NCBI RefSeq assembly: GCF_009914755.1
Contig: NC_060933.1
Direction: 5' to 3' (one strand)
DNA from: the human T2T-CHM13v2.0 reference genome, Homo sapiens
Length of the DNA: 64,000 bases
In this document: positions 1 through 14,949 of the stretch, in pieces
Layout of the letters: each line of letters opens with the position of its first letter
Numbering within the stretch: the stretch's first letter is position 1
Made by a program: the position numbers and the translations under genes
Notes under the pieces: model-generated
The model's input: the letters and a program-made list of their open reading frames with translations, nothing else
Told to the model about the DNA's origin: nothing
Databases searched by the model: none

Positions 1-2255
1 AATGGAATGGAATCAACTCGATTGTAATGGAATGGAATGGAATGGAATGGAATGGAATGGAATGGAATGGAATGGAATTAACCCGAATACAATGGAATGG
101 AATGGAATGGAACGGAATGGAGCGGAATGGAATGGAATCAACCCGACTGCAGGGGAATGGAATGGAATGGAATGCAATGGAATGGAATCATCCGGAATGG
201 AATGGAATGGAATGGAATGCAAAGCAATGGAATCAACTCGATTGCAATGGAATGGAATGGAATGGAAAGGAATAGAATGGAATCAACCCGAGTGGAATGG
301 AATGGAAAGGACTGGAATGGAGTGGAATGTAATGGAATGGAATGGAATGGAATCAACTCGATTGGAATGGAATGGAATGGAATGGAATGGAATGGAATTA
401 ACCCAAATAGAATGGAATGGAATGGAATGGAACGGAATAGAATGGAATGGAATGGAATGGAATGGAATCAACCCGACTGCAGGGGAATGGAATGGAATGG
501 AACGGAATGGAATGGAATCATCCGGAACGGAATGGAATGGAATGGAATGGAATCAACTCGATTGCAATGGAATGGAATGGAATGGAATGGAATCGAATGG
601 AATGGAATGGAATTAAACGGAATAGAATGGAATGGAATGGAATGGAACGGAACGGAACGGAACGGAATGGAATGGATTGGAATGGAACGGAACGGAATGG
701 AATGGAATGGAATGGAATGGAATGGAATGGAATGGAATCAACCCGAGCGCAGGGGAATCGAATGGAATGGAATGCAATGGAATGGAATCATCCGGAATGG
801 AATGGAATGGAATGGAATGCAATCAACCTGATGCAATGGAATGGAGTGGAATGGAATGGAAACATCCCGAATGGAATGGAATGTAATGGAGTGTAAGGGA
901 ATTGAATAGAATCAATCCGAATGTAATGGAATGGAATGGAATGAAATGGAATGGAATGGAATGGAAAGGAATCAACCCGAGTGCAATGGAATGGATTCGA
1001 ATGGAATGGAATGGAATGGAATGGATTCAACAAGAATGGAATGGAAATAAATGGAATCAACCCGAGTGTAATGGCATGGAATGGAACGGAATGGAATGGG
1101 ATGGAATGGAATGGTACGGAATAGAATGCAATGGAATGAAATGGAATGGAATGGAATGGAATGGAATGGAATGGAATGGAATGGAATGGAATGAACCCGT
1201 GTGCAATGGAATGGAATGGAATGGAATGGAATGGATTCAACTCGAATGGAATCAACTCGATTGCAATGGAATGGAATGGAATTGAAAGGAATAGAATGGA
1301 ATCAAGCCGAGTGGAATGGAATGGAAAGGACTGGAATGGAGTGGAACGGAATGGAATGCAATTAACCGGAATACAATGAAATGGAACGGAATGGAATGGA
1401 ATGTAATGGAATGGAATGGAATGGAATCAACACGAGTGCAGGGGAATGGAATGGAATGGAATGCAATGGAATGGAATCATCCGGAATGGAATGGAATGGA
1501 ATGGAATGGAATGGAATGGAATGGAATGGAATGGAATCAACTAAATTTCAATGGAATGGAATGGAATAGAATGGAATGGAATTAACACGAAAGAATGGAA
1601 TGGAATGGAATGGAATGGAAAAGAAAGGAATGGAATGGAATGGAATGGAATCAACCCAAGTGCAGGGGAATGCAATGCAATGGAATTCAATGGAATGGAA
1701 TCATCCGGAATGGAATGGAATGGAATGGAATGGAATGGAATGGAATGGAATGGAATGGAATGGAATCAACCCGAGTGCAATGGAATGGAGAGGAATGGAA
1801 TGGAATGGAATGAAAACTACACGAATGGAATGGAATGTAATGGAGTTTAAGGGAATTGAATAGAATGAATCCGAATGGAATGGAATGGAATGGAATGGAA
1901 TGGAATGGAATGGAAAGGAATGGAATGGAATGGAATGGAATGGAATGCAATGCCATGGAATCAACCCGAGTGCAATCGAATGGAATCGAATGGAATGGAA
2001 TGGAATGGAATGGATTCAACTTGAATGGAATGGAAAGAATGGAATCAACACGAGTGGAAGGGCATGGATTGGAATGGAATGGAATGGAATTAACTCGATT
2101 GCAATCGAATGGAATGGAATGGAATTAACCCGAATAGAATGGAATGGAATGGAATGGAATGGAACGGAACGGAATGGAATGGAATGGAATGGAATGGCAT
2201 GGAATGGAATCAACGCGAGTGCAGGGGAATGGATTGGAATGGAATGCAAGGGAAT

Positions 2256-2270
2256 GGAATCTTCCGGAAT
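2256..2270 (+). promoter_or_regulatory. Canonical 3-unit heat shock element-like motif (representative copy)
   Basis: GGAAT-CTTCC-GGAAT matches nGAAn-nTTCn-nGAAn exactly. This is a motif match only, and function is inferred. Confidence 0.5.
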
Positions 2271-4687
2271 GGAATGGAATGGAATGGAATAGAATGGAAT
2301 GGAATGGAATGGAATGGAATCAAACCGAGTACAGGGGAATGGAATGGAATGGAAAGCAGTGGAATGGAATCATCCGTAATGGAATGGAAAGGAATGGAAT
2401 GGAATGCAATGGAATGGAATGGAATGGAATGGAATGGAATGGAATCAACTCGATTGCAATCGAACGGAATGGAATGGAATTAACCCGAATAGAATGGAAT
2501 GGAATGGAACGGAACGGAACGGAACGGAATGGAATGGAATGGAATGGAATCAACGCGAGTGCAGGGGAATGGAATGGAATGGAATGCAATGGAATGGAAT
2601 CTTCCGGAATGGAATGGAATGGAATGGAATGGAATGCGATGGATTCAACTCGATTGCAATGGAATGGAATAGAATGGAATGGAATGGAATGGAATGGAAT
2701 TAACCCGAATAGAATGGAATGGAATGGAATGGAACGGAACGGAACGGAACGGAACGGAATGGAATGGAATGGAATGGAATGGTATGGAGTGGAATGGAAT
2801 GGTACGGAATAGAATGGAATGGAAAAAATTGGAATGGAATGGAATCTAATGGAATGGAATGGAATGGAATGGAATGGAATCAACCCGAGTGCAGGGGAAT
2901 GTAATGGAACGGAATGTAATGGAATGGAATCATCCGGAATGGAATGGAATGGAATGGAATGGAATGGAATGGAACCAACCAGATTGTGATGGAATGGAAT
3001 GCAATGGAATGGAATGGAATGGAATTAACCCGAATACAATGGAATGGAATGTAATGGAACGGAATGGAGTGGAATGGAATGGAATCAACCCGACTGCAGG
3101 GGAATGCAATGGAATGGAATGCAATGGAATGGAATCATCCGGAATGGAATGGAATGGAATGGAATGCAAAGCAATGGAATCAACTCGATTGCAATGGAAT
3201 GGAATGGAATGGAAAGGAATACATTGGAATCAACCCGAGTGGAGTGGAATGGAAAGGACTGGAATGGAGTGCAATGGAATGGAATTAACCCGAATAGAAT
3301 GGAATGGAATGGAATGGAACGGAACGGAACGGAATGGAATGGAATGGAATGGAATGGAATGGAATGGAATGGAATCAACCCGACTGCAGGGGAATGGAAT
3401 GGAATGGAATGCAATGGAATGGATTCAACTTGAATGGAATGGAAAGAATGGAATCAACACGAGTGGAATGGCATGCATTGGAATGGAATGGAATGGAATC
3501 AACCCGAGTACAGGGGAATGGAATGGAATGGAATGCAATGGAATGGAATCGTCCGTAATGGAATGGAAAGGAATGGAATGGAATGGAATGAAATGGAATG
3601 GAATGGAATGGAATCAACTCGATTGCAATCGAATGGAATGGAATGGATTTAACCCGAATAGAATGGAATGGAATGGAATGGAACGGAACGGAACGGAATG
3701 GAATGGAATGGAATGGAATGGAATGGAATGGAATGGAACGGAAAGGAATGGAATGGAATGGAAGGGAATGGAAAGGAATCAACGCGAGTGCAGGGGAATG
3801 GAATGGAATGGAATGCAATGGAATGGAATCTTCCGGAATGGAATGGAATGGAATGGAATGGAATGGAATGGAATGGAATAAACCCGAGTGCAATGGAATG
3901 GAGTGGAATGGAATGGAATGGAATGGAACAGCCCGAATGGAATGGAATGTAATGGAGAGTAAGGGAGTTGAATAGAATCAATCCGAATGTAATGGAATGG
4001 AATGCAACAGAATGGAATTGAATGGAATGGAATGGAATGCAATGGAATGGAATCAACCCGATTGCAATGGAATGGAGAGGAATGGAATGGAATGGAATGG
4101 AAACTACCCGAATGGAATGGAATGTAATGGAGTGTAAGGGATTTGAATAGAATCAATCCGAATGTAATGGAATGGAATGGAACGGAATGGAATGGAATGG
4201 AATGGAATGGAACGGAATGGAATGGAATGCAATGGAATGGAATCAACCCGAGCGCAATCGAAAGGAATCAAATGGAATGGAATGCAATGGAATGGATTCA
4301 ACTTGAATGGAATGGAAAGAATGGAATCAACACGAGTGGAAGGGCATGGATTGGAATGCAATGGAATGGAATCAACCCGAGTACAGGGGAATGGAATGGA
4401 ATGGAATGCAATGGAATGGAATCATCCGTAATGGAATGGAAAGGAACGGAATGGAATGGAAAGGAATGGAATGGAATGGAATGGAATGGAATCAACACGA
4501 TTGCAATCGAATGGAATGGAATGGAATTAACCCGAATAGAATGGAATGGAATGGAATGGAACGGAACGGAATGGAATGGAATGGAATGGAACGGAACGGA
4601 ACGGAACGGAATGGAATGGAATGGAATGGAATGGAATGGAATCAACGCGAGTGCAGGGGAATGGAATGGAATGGAATGCAATGGAAT

Positions 4688-4702
4688 GGAATATTCCGGA
4701 AT
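4688..4702 (+). promoter_or_regulatory. HSE-like motif, doubly palindromic variant
   Basis: GGAAT-ATTCC-GGAAT, one perfectly inverted pentamer in register. A second copy is at 16184-16198. Confidence 0.45.
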
Positions 4703-4745
4703 GGAATGGAATGGAATGGAATGGAATGAAATGCAGTGGATTCAA

Positions 4746-6355
4746 CTCGATTGCAATGGAATGGAATGGAATGGAATGGAATGGAATTAACCTGAATAGA
4801 ATGGAATGGAATGGAACGGAATGGAATGGAATGGAATGGAATGGAATGGAATGGAATGGAATGGAATGGTATGGAATGGAATGGAATAGTACGGAATAGA
4901 ATGGAATGGAACGAATTGTAATGGAATGGAATTGAATGGAATGGAATGGAATGGAATGGAATCAACGCGAGTGCAGGGGAATGTAATGGAACGGAATGCA
5001 ATGGAATGGAATCATCCGGAATAGAATGGAATGGAAAGGAATGGAATGGAATGGAATCAACCCGAGTGCAATGGAATGGAGTAGAATGGAATGGAATGGA
5101 ATGGAACAACCCGAATGGAATGTAATGTAATGGACAGTAAGGGAGTTGAATAGAATCAATCCGAATGTAATGGAATGGAATGCAACGGAATGGAATGGAA
5201 TGGAATGGAATGGAATGGAATGCAAAGGAATGGAATCAACCCGAGTGGAATGGCATGGAATGGAATGCAACGGAATTTAATGGAATGGAATCAACTCGAG
5301 TGGAAAGGAATGGAATGGAATGGAAAGCAATGGAATGAAGTCAACTCGAGTGGAATGGAATGGAATGGAATGGACTGGAATGGATTGCAATGGAATGAAA
5401 TGGAATGGAATGGAATGGAATCAATCATTCCGAGTGGAATGGAAGGGAATGTAATAGAGTGGAAAGAAGGGAATGGAATCAACCCGAGTGGAATGCAAGG
5501 CAATGGAATGGATTGGAAAGGAATGGAATGGAATCACCTCGATTGCAATGGAATGGAATGGAATGGAATGGAATGGAATGGAATGGAATTAACCTGAATA
5601 GAATGGAATGGAATGGAACGGAATGGAATGGAATGGAATGGAATGGAATGGAATGGAATGGAATGGTATGGAATGGAATGGAATGGTACGGAATAGAATG
5701 GAATGGAACGAATTGTAATGGAATGGAATTGAATGGAATGGAATGGAATGGAATGGAATGGAATCAACGCGAGTGCAGGGGAATGGAATGGAACGGAATG
5801 CAATGGAATGGAATCATCCGGAATGGAATGGAATGGAAAGGAATGGAATGGAATGGAATCAACCCGAGTGCAATGGAATGGAGTAGAATGGAATGGAATG
5901 GAATGGAACAACCCGAATGGAATGGAATGTAATGGACAGTAAGGGAGTTGAATAGAATCAATCCGAATGTAATGGAATGGAATGCAACGGAATGGAATGG
6001 AATGGAATGGAATGGAATGGAATGGAATGCAAAGGAATGGAATCAACCCGAGTGGAATGGCATGGAATGGAATGCAACGGAATGGAATGGAATGGAATCA
6101 ACTCGAGTGGAAAGGAATGGAATGGAATGGAAAGCAATGGAATGAAGTCAACTCGAGTGGAATGGAATGGAATGGAATGGATTGGAATGGATTGCAATGG
6201 AATGAAATGGAATGGAATGGAATGGAATCAATCATTCCGAGTGGAATGGAAGGGAATGTAATAGAGTGGAAAGAAGGGAATGGAATCAACCCGAGTGGAA
6301 TGCAAGGCAATGGAATGGAATGGAAAGGAATGGAATGGAATCACCTCCATTGCAA
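4746..6355 (+). repeat. Local tandem duplication of a ~0.8-kb unit
   Basis: AACCTGAATAG at 4789 and 5591 (offset 802). Identical minus-strand ORFs at 5291..5503 and 6098..6310 (offset 807). Both copies carry GGACAGTAAGGG, GAAGTCAACTCGAG and CAATCATTCCGAG. Confidence 0.88.
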
Positions 6356-9300
6356 TGGAATGGAATGGAATCAACCCGACTGCAGGGGAATGGAATGGAA
6401 TGGAACGGAATGGAATGGAATCATCCGGAACGGAATGGAATGGAATGGAATGGAATCAACTCGATTGCAATGGAATGGAATGGAATGGAATGGAATCGAA
6501 TGGAATGGAATGGAATTAAACGGAATAGAATGGAATGGAATGGAATGGAACGGAACGGAACGGAACGGAATGGAATGGAATGGAATGGAACGGAACGGAA
6601 TGGAATGGAATGGAATGGAATGGAATGGAATGGAATCAACCCGAGTGCAGGGGAATGGAATGGAATGGAATGCAATGGAATGGAATCATCCGGAATGGAA
6701 TGGAATGGAATGGAATGCAATCAACCTGATGCAATGGAATGGAGTGGAATGGAATGGAATGGAAACATTCCGAATGGAATGGAATGTAATCGAGTGTAAG
6801 GGAATTGAATAGAATCAATCCGAATGTAATGGAATGGAATGGAATGAAATGGAATGGAATGGAATGGAATGGAATCAACCCGAGTGCAATGGAATGGATT
6901 CGAATGGAATGGAATGGAATGGAATGGATTCAACAAGAATGGAATGGAAAGAAATGGAATCAACCCGAGTGTAATGGCATGGAATGGAACGGAATGGAAT
7001 GGGATGGAATGGAATGGTACGGAATAGAATGGAATGGAATGAAATGGAATGGAATGGAATGGAATGGAATGGAATGGAATGGAAAGAACCCGTGTGCAAT
7101 GGAATGGAATGGAATGGAATGGAATGGATTCAACTCGAATGGAATCAACTCGATTGCAATGGAATGCAATGGAATTGAAAGGAATAGAATGGAATCAAGC
7201 CGAGTGGAATGGAATGGAAAGGACTGGAATGGAGTGGAACGGAATGGAATGCAATTAACCGGAATACAATGAAATGGAACGGAATGGAATGGAATGTAAT
7301 GGAATGGAATGGAATGGAATCAACCCGAGTGCAGGGGAATGGAATGGAATGGAATGCAATGGAATGGAATCATCCGGAATGGAATGGAATGGAATGGAAT
7401 GGAATGGAATGGAATGGAATCAACTAAATTTCAATGGAATGGAATGGAATAGAATGGAATGGAATTAACACGAAAGAATGGAATGGAATGGAATGGAATG
7501 GAAAAGAAAGGAATGGAATGGAATGGAATGGAATCAACCCAAGTGCAGGGGAATGCAATGCAATGGAATTCAATGGAATGGAATCATCCGGAATGGAATG
7601 TAATGGAATGGAATGGAATGGAATGGAATGGAATGGAATCAACCCGAGTGCAATGGAATGGAGAGGAATGGAATGGAATGGAATGAAAACTACACGAATG
7701 GAATGGAATGTAATGGAGTGTAAGGGAATTGAATAGAATGAATCCGAATGGAATGGAATGGAATGGAATGGAATGGAATGGAAAGGAATGGAATGGAATG
7801 GAATGGAATGGAATGCAATGCCATGGAATCAACCCGAGTGCAATCGAATGGAATCGAATGGAATGGAATGCAATGGAATGGATTCATCTTGAATGGAATG
7901 GAAAGAATGGAATCAACACGAGTGGAAGGGCATGGATTGGAATGGAATGGAATGGAATTAACTCGATTGCAATCGAATGGAATGGAATGGAATTAACCCG
8001 AATAGAATGGAATGGAATGGAATGGAATGGAACGGAACGCAATGGAATGGAATGGAATGGAATGGCATGGAATGGAATCAACGCGAGTGCAGGGGAATGG
8101 ATTGGAATGGAATGCAAGGGAATGGAATCTTCCGGAATGGAATGGAATGGAATGGAATAGAATGGAATGGAATGGAATGGAATGGAATCAAACCGAGTAC
8201 AGGGGAATGGAATGGAATGGAATGCAGTGGAATGGAATCATCCGTAATGGAATGGAAAGGAATGGAATGGAATGCAACGGAATGGAATGGAATGGAATGG
8301 AATGGAATGGAATCAACTCGATTGCAATCGAACGGAATGGAATGGAATTAACCCGAATAGAATGGAATGGAATGGAACGGAACGGAACGGAACGGAATGG
8401 AATGGAATGGAATGGAACGGAACGGAACGGAACGGAATGGAATGGAATGGAATGGAATCAACGCGAGTGCAGGGGAGTGGAATGGAATGGAATGCAATGG
8501 AATGGAATCTTCCGGAATGGAATGGAATGGAATGGAATGGAATGCGATGGATTCAACCCGATTGCAATGGAATGGAATAGAATGGAATGGAATGGAATGG
8601 AATGGAATTAACCCGAATAGAATGGAATGGAATGGAATGGAACGGAACGCAACGGAACGGAACGGAATGGAATGGAATGGAATGGAATGGTATGGAATGG
8701 AATGGAATGGTACGGAATAGAATGGAATGGAAAGAATTGGAATGGAATGGAATCGAATGGAATGGAATGGAATGGAATGGAATGGAATCAACCCGAGTGC
8801 AGGGGAATGTAATGGAACGGAATGTAATGGAATGGAATCATCCGGAATGGAATGGAATGGAATGGAATGGAATGGAATGGAATGGAACCAACCAGATTGT
8901 GATGGAATGGAATGCAATGGAATGGAATGGAATGGAATTAACCCGAATACAATGGAATGGAATGTAATGGAACGGAATGGAGTGGAATGGAATGGAATCA
9001 ACCCGACTGCAGGGGAATGCAATGGAATGGAATGCAATGGAATGGAATCATCCGGAATGGAATGGAATGGAATGGAATGCAAAGCAATGGAATCAACTCG
9101 ATTGCAATGGAATGGAATGGAATGTAAAGGAATACATTGGAATCAACCCGAGTGGAATGGAATGGAAAGGACTGGAATGGAGTGCAATGGAATGGAATTA
9201 ACCCGAATAGAATGGAATGGAATGGAATGGAACGGAACGGAACGGAATGGAATGGAATGGAATGGAATGGAATGGAATGGAATGGAATGGAATCAACCTG

Positions 9301-12300
9301 ACTGCAGGGGAATGGAATGGAATGGAATGGAATGGAATGGAATGGAATGGAATGGAATCATCCGGAACGGAATGGAATGGAATGGAATGGAATCAACTCG
9401 ATTGCAATGGAATGGAATGGAATGGAATGGAATGGAATCGAATGGAATGGAATGGAATTAACCAGAATAGAATGGAATGGAATGGAATGGAACGGAACGG
9501 AATGGAATGGAATGGAATGGAATGGAATGGAATGGAATCAATTCGAGTGCTGGGGAATGGAATGGAATGGAATGCAATGGAATGGAATCATCCGGAATGG
9601 AATGGAATGTAATGGAATGCAATCAACCTGATGCAATGGAATGGAGTGGAATGGAATGGAATGGAATGGAAACATCCCGAATGGAATGGAATGTAATGGA
9701 GTGTAAGGGAATTGAATAGAATCAATCCGAATGTAATGGAATGGAATGGAATGAAATGGAATGGAATGGAATGGAATGGAATCAACCCGAGTGCAATGGA
9801 ATGGATTCGAATGGAATGGAATGGAATGGAATGGAATGGATTCAACAAGAATGGAATGGAAAGGAATGGAATCAACCCGAGTGTAATGGCATGGAATGGA
9901 ACGGAATGGAATGGGATGGAATGGAATGGTACGGAATAGAATGGAATTGAATGAAATGGAATAGAATGGAATGGAATGGAATGGAATGGAATGGAATGGA
10001 ATGAACCCGTGTGCAATGGAATGGAATGGAATGGAATGGAATGGATTCAACTCGAATGGAATCCACTCGATTGCAATGGAATGGAATGGAATTAAAAGGA
10101 ATAGAATGGAATCAACGCGAGTGGAATGGAATGGAAAGGACTGGAACGGAGTGGAATGGAATGGAATGGAATTAACCCGAATAGAATGAAATGGAACGGA
10201 ATGGAATGGAATGGAATGGAATGGAATGGAATGGAATCAACCCAAGTGCAGGGGAATGGAATGGAATGGAATGCAATGGAATGAAATCATCCGGAATGGA
10301 ATGGAATGGAATGGAATGGAATGGAATTGAATGGAATGGAATCAACTCGATTTCAATGGAATGGAATGGAATAGAATGGAACGGAATTAACATGAATAGA
10401 ATGGAATGGAATGGAATGGAATGGAACAGAAAGGAATGGAATGGAATGGAATGGAATCAACCCAAGTGCAGGGGAATGGAATGGAATGGAATTCAATGGA
10501 ATGGAATCATCCGGAATGGAATGGAATGGAATGGAATGGAATGGAATCAACCCGAGTGCAATGGAATGGAGAGGAATGGAATGGAATGGAATGGAAACTA
10601 CACGAATGGAATGGAATGCAATGGAGTGTAAGCGAATTGAATAGAATGAATCCGAATGGAATGGAATGGAATGGAATGGAAAGGAATGGAATGGAATGGT
10701 ATGGAATGGAATGGAATGGAATGGAATGCAATGCCATGGAATCAACCCGAGTGCAATCGAATGGAATCGAATGGAATGGAATGCAATGGAATGGATTCAA
10801 CTTGAATGGAATGGAATGGAATGCAATGGAATGGAATCATCCGGAATGGAATGGAAAGGAATACAATGGAATGGAATGGAATGGAATCAACACGAGTGCA
10901 ATGGAATGGAGTGAAATGGAATGGAATGGAATGGAGACAACCAGAATGGATTGGAATATAATGGAGTGTAAGGGAATTGAATAGAATCAATCTGAATGTA
11001 ATGAAATGGAATGGAACGGAATGGAATGGAATGGAATGGAATGCAATGGAATGGAATCAACCCGAGTGCAATCGAATGGAATGGAATGGAATGGAATGCA
11101 ATGGAATGGAATCAACCCGAGTGCAATCGAATGGAATCGAATGGAATGGAATGCAATGGAATGGATTCAACTTGAATGGAATGGAAAGAATGGAATCAAC
11201 ACGAGTGGAATGGCATGGATTGGAATGGAATGGAATGGAATCAACCCGAGTACAGGGGAATGGAATGGAATGGAATGCAATGGAATGGAATCATCCGTAA
11301 TGGAATGGAAAGGAATGGAATGGAATGGAATGGAATGGAATGGAATGGAATGGAATGGAATGATACGGAATAGAATGGAATGGAACGAAATGGAATGGAA
11401 TGGAATCAACTCGATTGCAATCGAATGGAATGGAATGGAATTAACCCGAATAGAATGGAATGGAATGGAATGGAACGGAACGGAATGGAATGGAATGGAA
11501 TGGAATGGAACGGAAAGGAAGGGAATGAAATGGAATATAATGGAATGGAATGGAATCAACGCGAGTGCAGGGGAATGGAATGGAATGGAATGCAATGGAA
11601 TGGAATCTTCCGGAATGGAATGGAATGGAATGGAATGGAATGGAATGGAATGGAATCAACCCGAGTGCAATGGAATGGAGTGGAATGGAATGGAATGGAA
11701 TGGAACAACCCGAATGGAATGGAATGTAATGGAGAGTAAGGGAGTTGAATAGAATCAATCCGAATGTAATGGAATGGAATGGAACGGAATGGAATTGAAT
11801 GGAATGGAATGGAATGCAATGGAATGGAATCAACCCGAGTGCAGGGGAATAGAATGGAATGGAATGCAATGGAATGGAATCATCCGGAATGGAATGGAAT
11901 GGAATGGAATGCAAAGCAATGGAATCAACTCGATTGCAATGGAATGGAATGGAATGGAAAGGAATACATTGGAATCAACCCGAGTGGAATGGAATGGAAA
12001 GGACTGGAATGGAGTGGAATGGAATGGAATGCAATGGAATGGAATGGAATGGAATCAGCTTGATTGGAATGGAATGGAATGGAATGGAATGGAATGGAAT
12101 GGAATCAACGAGAGTGCAGGGGAATGGAATGGAATGGAATGCAATGGAATGGAATCTTCCGGAATGGAATGGAATGGAATGGAATGGAATGGAATGGAAT
12201 GGAAACAACCCGACTGCAGGGGAATGGAATGGAATGGAATGAAATGGAATGGATTCAACTTGAATGGAATGGAAAGAATGGAATCAACACGAGTGGAATG

Positions 12301-14949
12301 GCATGGATTGGAATGGAATGGAATGGAATCAACCCGAGTACAGGGGAATGGAATGGAATGGAATGCAATGGAATGGAATCATCCGTAATGGAATGGAAAG
12401 GAATGGAATGGAATGGAATGGAATGGAATGGAATCAACTCGATTGCAATCGAATGGAATGGAATGGAATTAACCCGAATAGAATGGAATGGAATGGAATG
12501 GAACGGAACGGAACGGAACGGAATGAAATGGAATGGAATGGAATGGAATGGAATGGAATGGAATGGAATGGAATCAACGAGAGTGCAGGGCAATGGAATG
12601 GAATGGAATGCAATGGAATGGAATCTTCCGGAATGGAATGGAATGGAATGGAATGGAATGGAATGGAATGGAATGGAGTAAACCCGAGTGCAATGGAATG
12701 GAGTTGAATGGAATGGAATGGAATGGAACAACCCGAATGGAATGGAATGTAATGGAGAGTAAGGGAGTTGAATAGAATCAATCCGAATGTAATGGAATGG
12801 AATGGAACGGAATGGAATTGAATGGAATGGAATGGAATGCAATGGAATGGAATCAACCAGAGTTCAATGGAATGGAGAGGAATGGAATGGAATGGAATGG
12901 AAACTACACGAATGGAATGGAATGTAATCGAGTGTAAGGGAATTGAATAGAATCAATCCGAATGTAATGGAATGGAATGTAACGGAATGGAATGGAATGG
13001 AATGCAATGGAATGGAATCAACCCAAGTGCAATCGAATGGAATCGAATGGAATGGAATGCAATGGAATGGATTCAACTTGAATGGAATGGAAAGAATGGA
13101 ATCAACACGAGTGGAAGGGCATGGATTGGAATGCAATGGAATGGAATCAACCCGAGTACAGGGGAATGGAATGGAATGGAATGCAATGGAATGGAATCAT
13201 CCGTAATGGAATGGAAAGGAATGGAATGGAATGGAATGGAATGGAATGGAATGGAATCAACTCGATTGCAATTGAATGGAATGGAATGGAATTAACCCGA
13301 ATAGAATGGAATGGAATGGAATGGAACGGAACGGAATGGAATGGAATGGAATGGAATGGAATGGAACGGAAAGGAAGGGAATGGAATGGAATAGAATGGA
13401 ATGGAATGGAATCAACGCGAGTACAGGGGAATGGAATGGAATGGAATGCAATGGAATGGAATCATCCGTAATGGAATGGAAAGGAATGGAATGGAATGGA
13501 ATGGAATGGAATGGAATGGAATCAACTCGATTGCAATCGAATGGAATGGAATGGAATTAACCCGAATAGAATGGAATGGAATGGAATGGAACGGAACGGA
13601 ATGGAATGGAATTTAATGGAATGGAATGGAATGGAACGGAACGGAATGGAATGGAATGGAATGGAATGGAATCAGCGCGAGTGCAGGGGAATGGAATGGA
13701 ATGGAATGCAATGGAATGGAATCTTCCGGATTGGAATGGAATGGAATGGAATGGAATGAAATGCAATGGATTCAACTCGATTGCAATGGAATGGAATAGA
13801 ATGGAATGGAATGGAATGGAATGGAATGGAATTAATCCGAATAGAATGGAATGGAATGGAATGGAATGGAATGGAATGGTATGGAATGGAATGGAATGGT
13901 ACGGAATAGAATGGAATGTAACGAATTGTAATGGAATGGAATGGAATGGAATGGAATGGAATGGAATGGAATCAACGCGAGTGCAGTGGAATGAAATGGA
14001 ACGGAATGCAATGGAATGGAATCATCCGGAATGGAATGGAATGGAATGTAATCAACCCGAGTGCAATGGAATGGATTGGAATGGAATGGAATGGAATGGA
14101 ACAACCCGAATGGAATGGAATGTAATGGAGAGTAAGGGAGTTGAATAGAATCAATCCGAATGTAATGGAATGGAATGCAACGGAATGGAATGGAATGGAA
14201 TGTAATGGAATGCAATGGAATTGAATCAACCCGAGTACAATGGAATGGAATGGAATGGAATGGAATGGAATGGAATGGAATGGAATGGAATGATATGGAA
14301 TAGAATGGAATGGAACGAAATGGAATGGAATGGAATGGAATGGAATGGAATGGAATGGAATGGAATGGAATCGTTCCGAGTGGAATAGGAGGGAATGTAT
14401 TCGAGTGGAATGGAAAGGAATGGAATCAACCAGAGTGGAATGGAAGGGAATGGAATGGAATGGAAACTAATAGAATGGAATCAACCCGAGTGGAATGGAA
14501 TGGAAAGGACTGGAAAGGAATGGAATGGAATGGAATCAACACGATTGTAATGGAATGGAACGGAATGGAATGGAATGGAATGGAATTAACCCGAATACTT
14601 TGGAATGGAATGGAATGGAATGGAACGGAATGGAGTGGAATGGAATGGAATCAAACCGAGTGCAGGGGAATGGAATGGAATGGAATGCAAAGCAATGGAA
14701 TCAACTCGATTGCAATGGAATGGAATGGAATGGAAAGGAATACATTGGAATCAACCCGAGTGGAATGGAATGGAAAGGACTGGAATGGAGTGGAATGGAA
14801 TGGAATGGAATGGAATGGAATCAACACGAATGGAATGGAATGGAATGGAATGGAATGGAATGGAATGGAATGGAATTAACCCGAATAGAATGGAATGGAA
14901 TGGAATGGAACGGAACGGAATGGAATGGAATGGAATGGAATGGAATGGA

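Larger units (their letters stand above)
470..9310 (+). repeat. Dispersed direct duplication: ~470-3390 repeated at ~6370-9310 (offset ~5.87-5.91 kb)
   Basis: ORF pairs 2016/7884, 2109/7977, 2719/8627 and 3064/8977. Shared rare words CAACTAAATTTC, AACACGAAAG and ACCAACCAGATTGTG. Confidence 0.87.

Noticed and set aside
3950-3995. GGAGAGTAAGGGAGTTG / AGGAGG purine-rich words as Shine-Dalgarno sites, telomeric repeats or G-quadruplexes
   Set aside because: This is a eukaryotic satellite context, there are no TTAGGG arrays, and GGG tracts are too sparse for a canonical G4.
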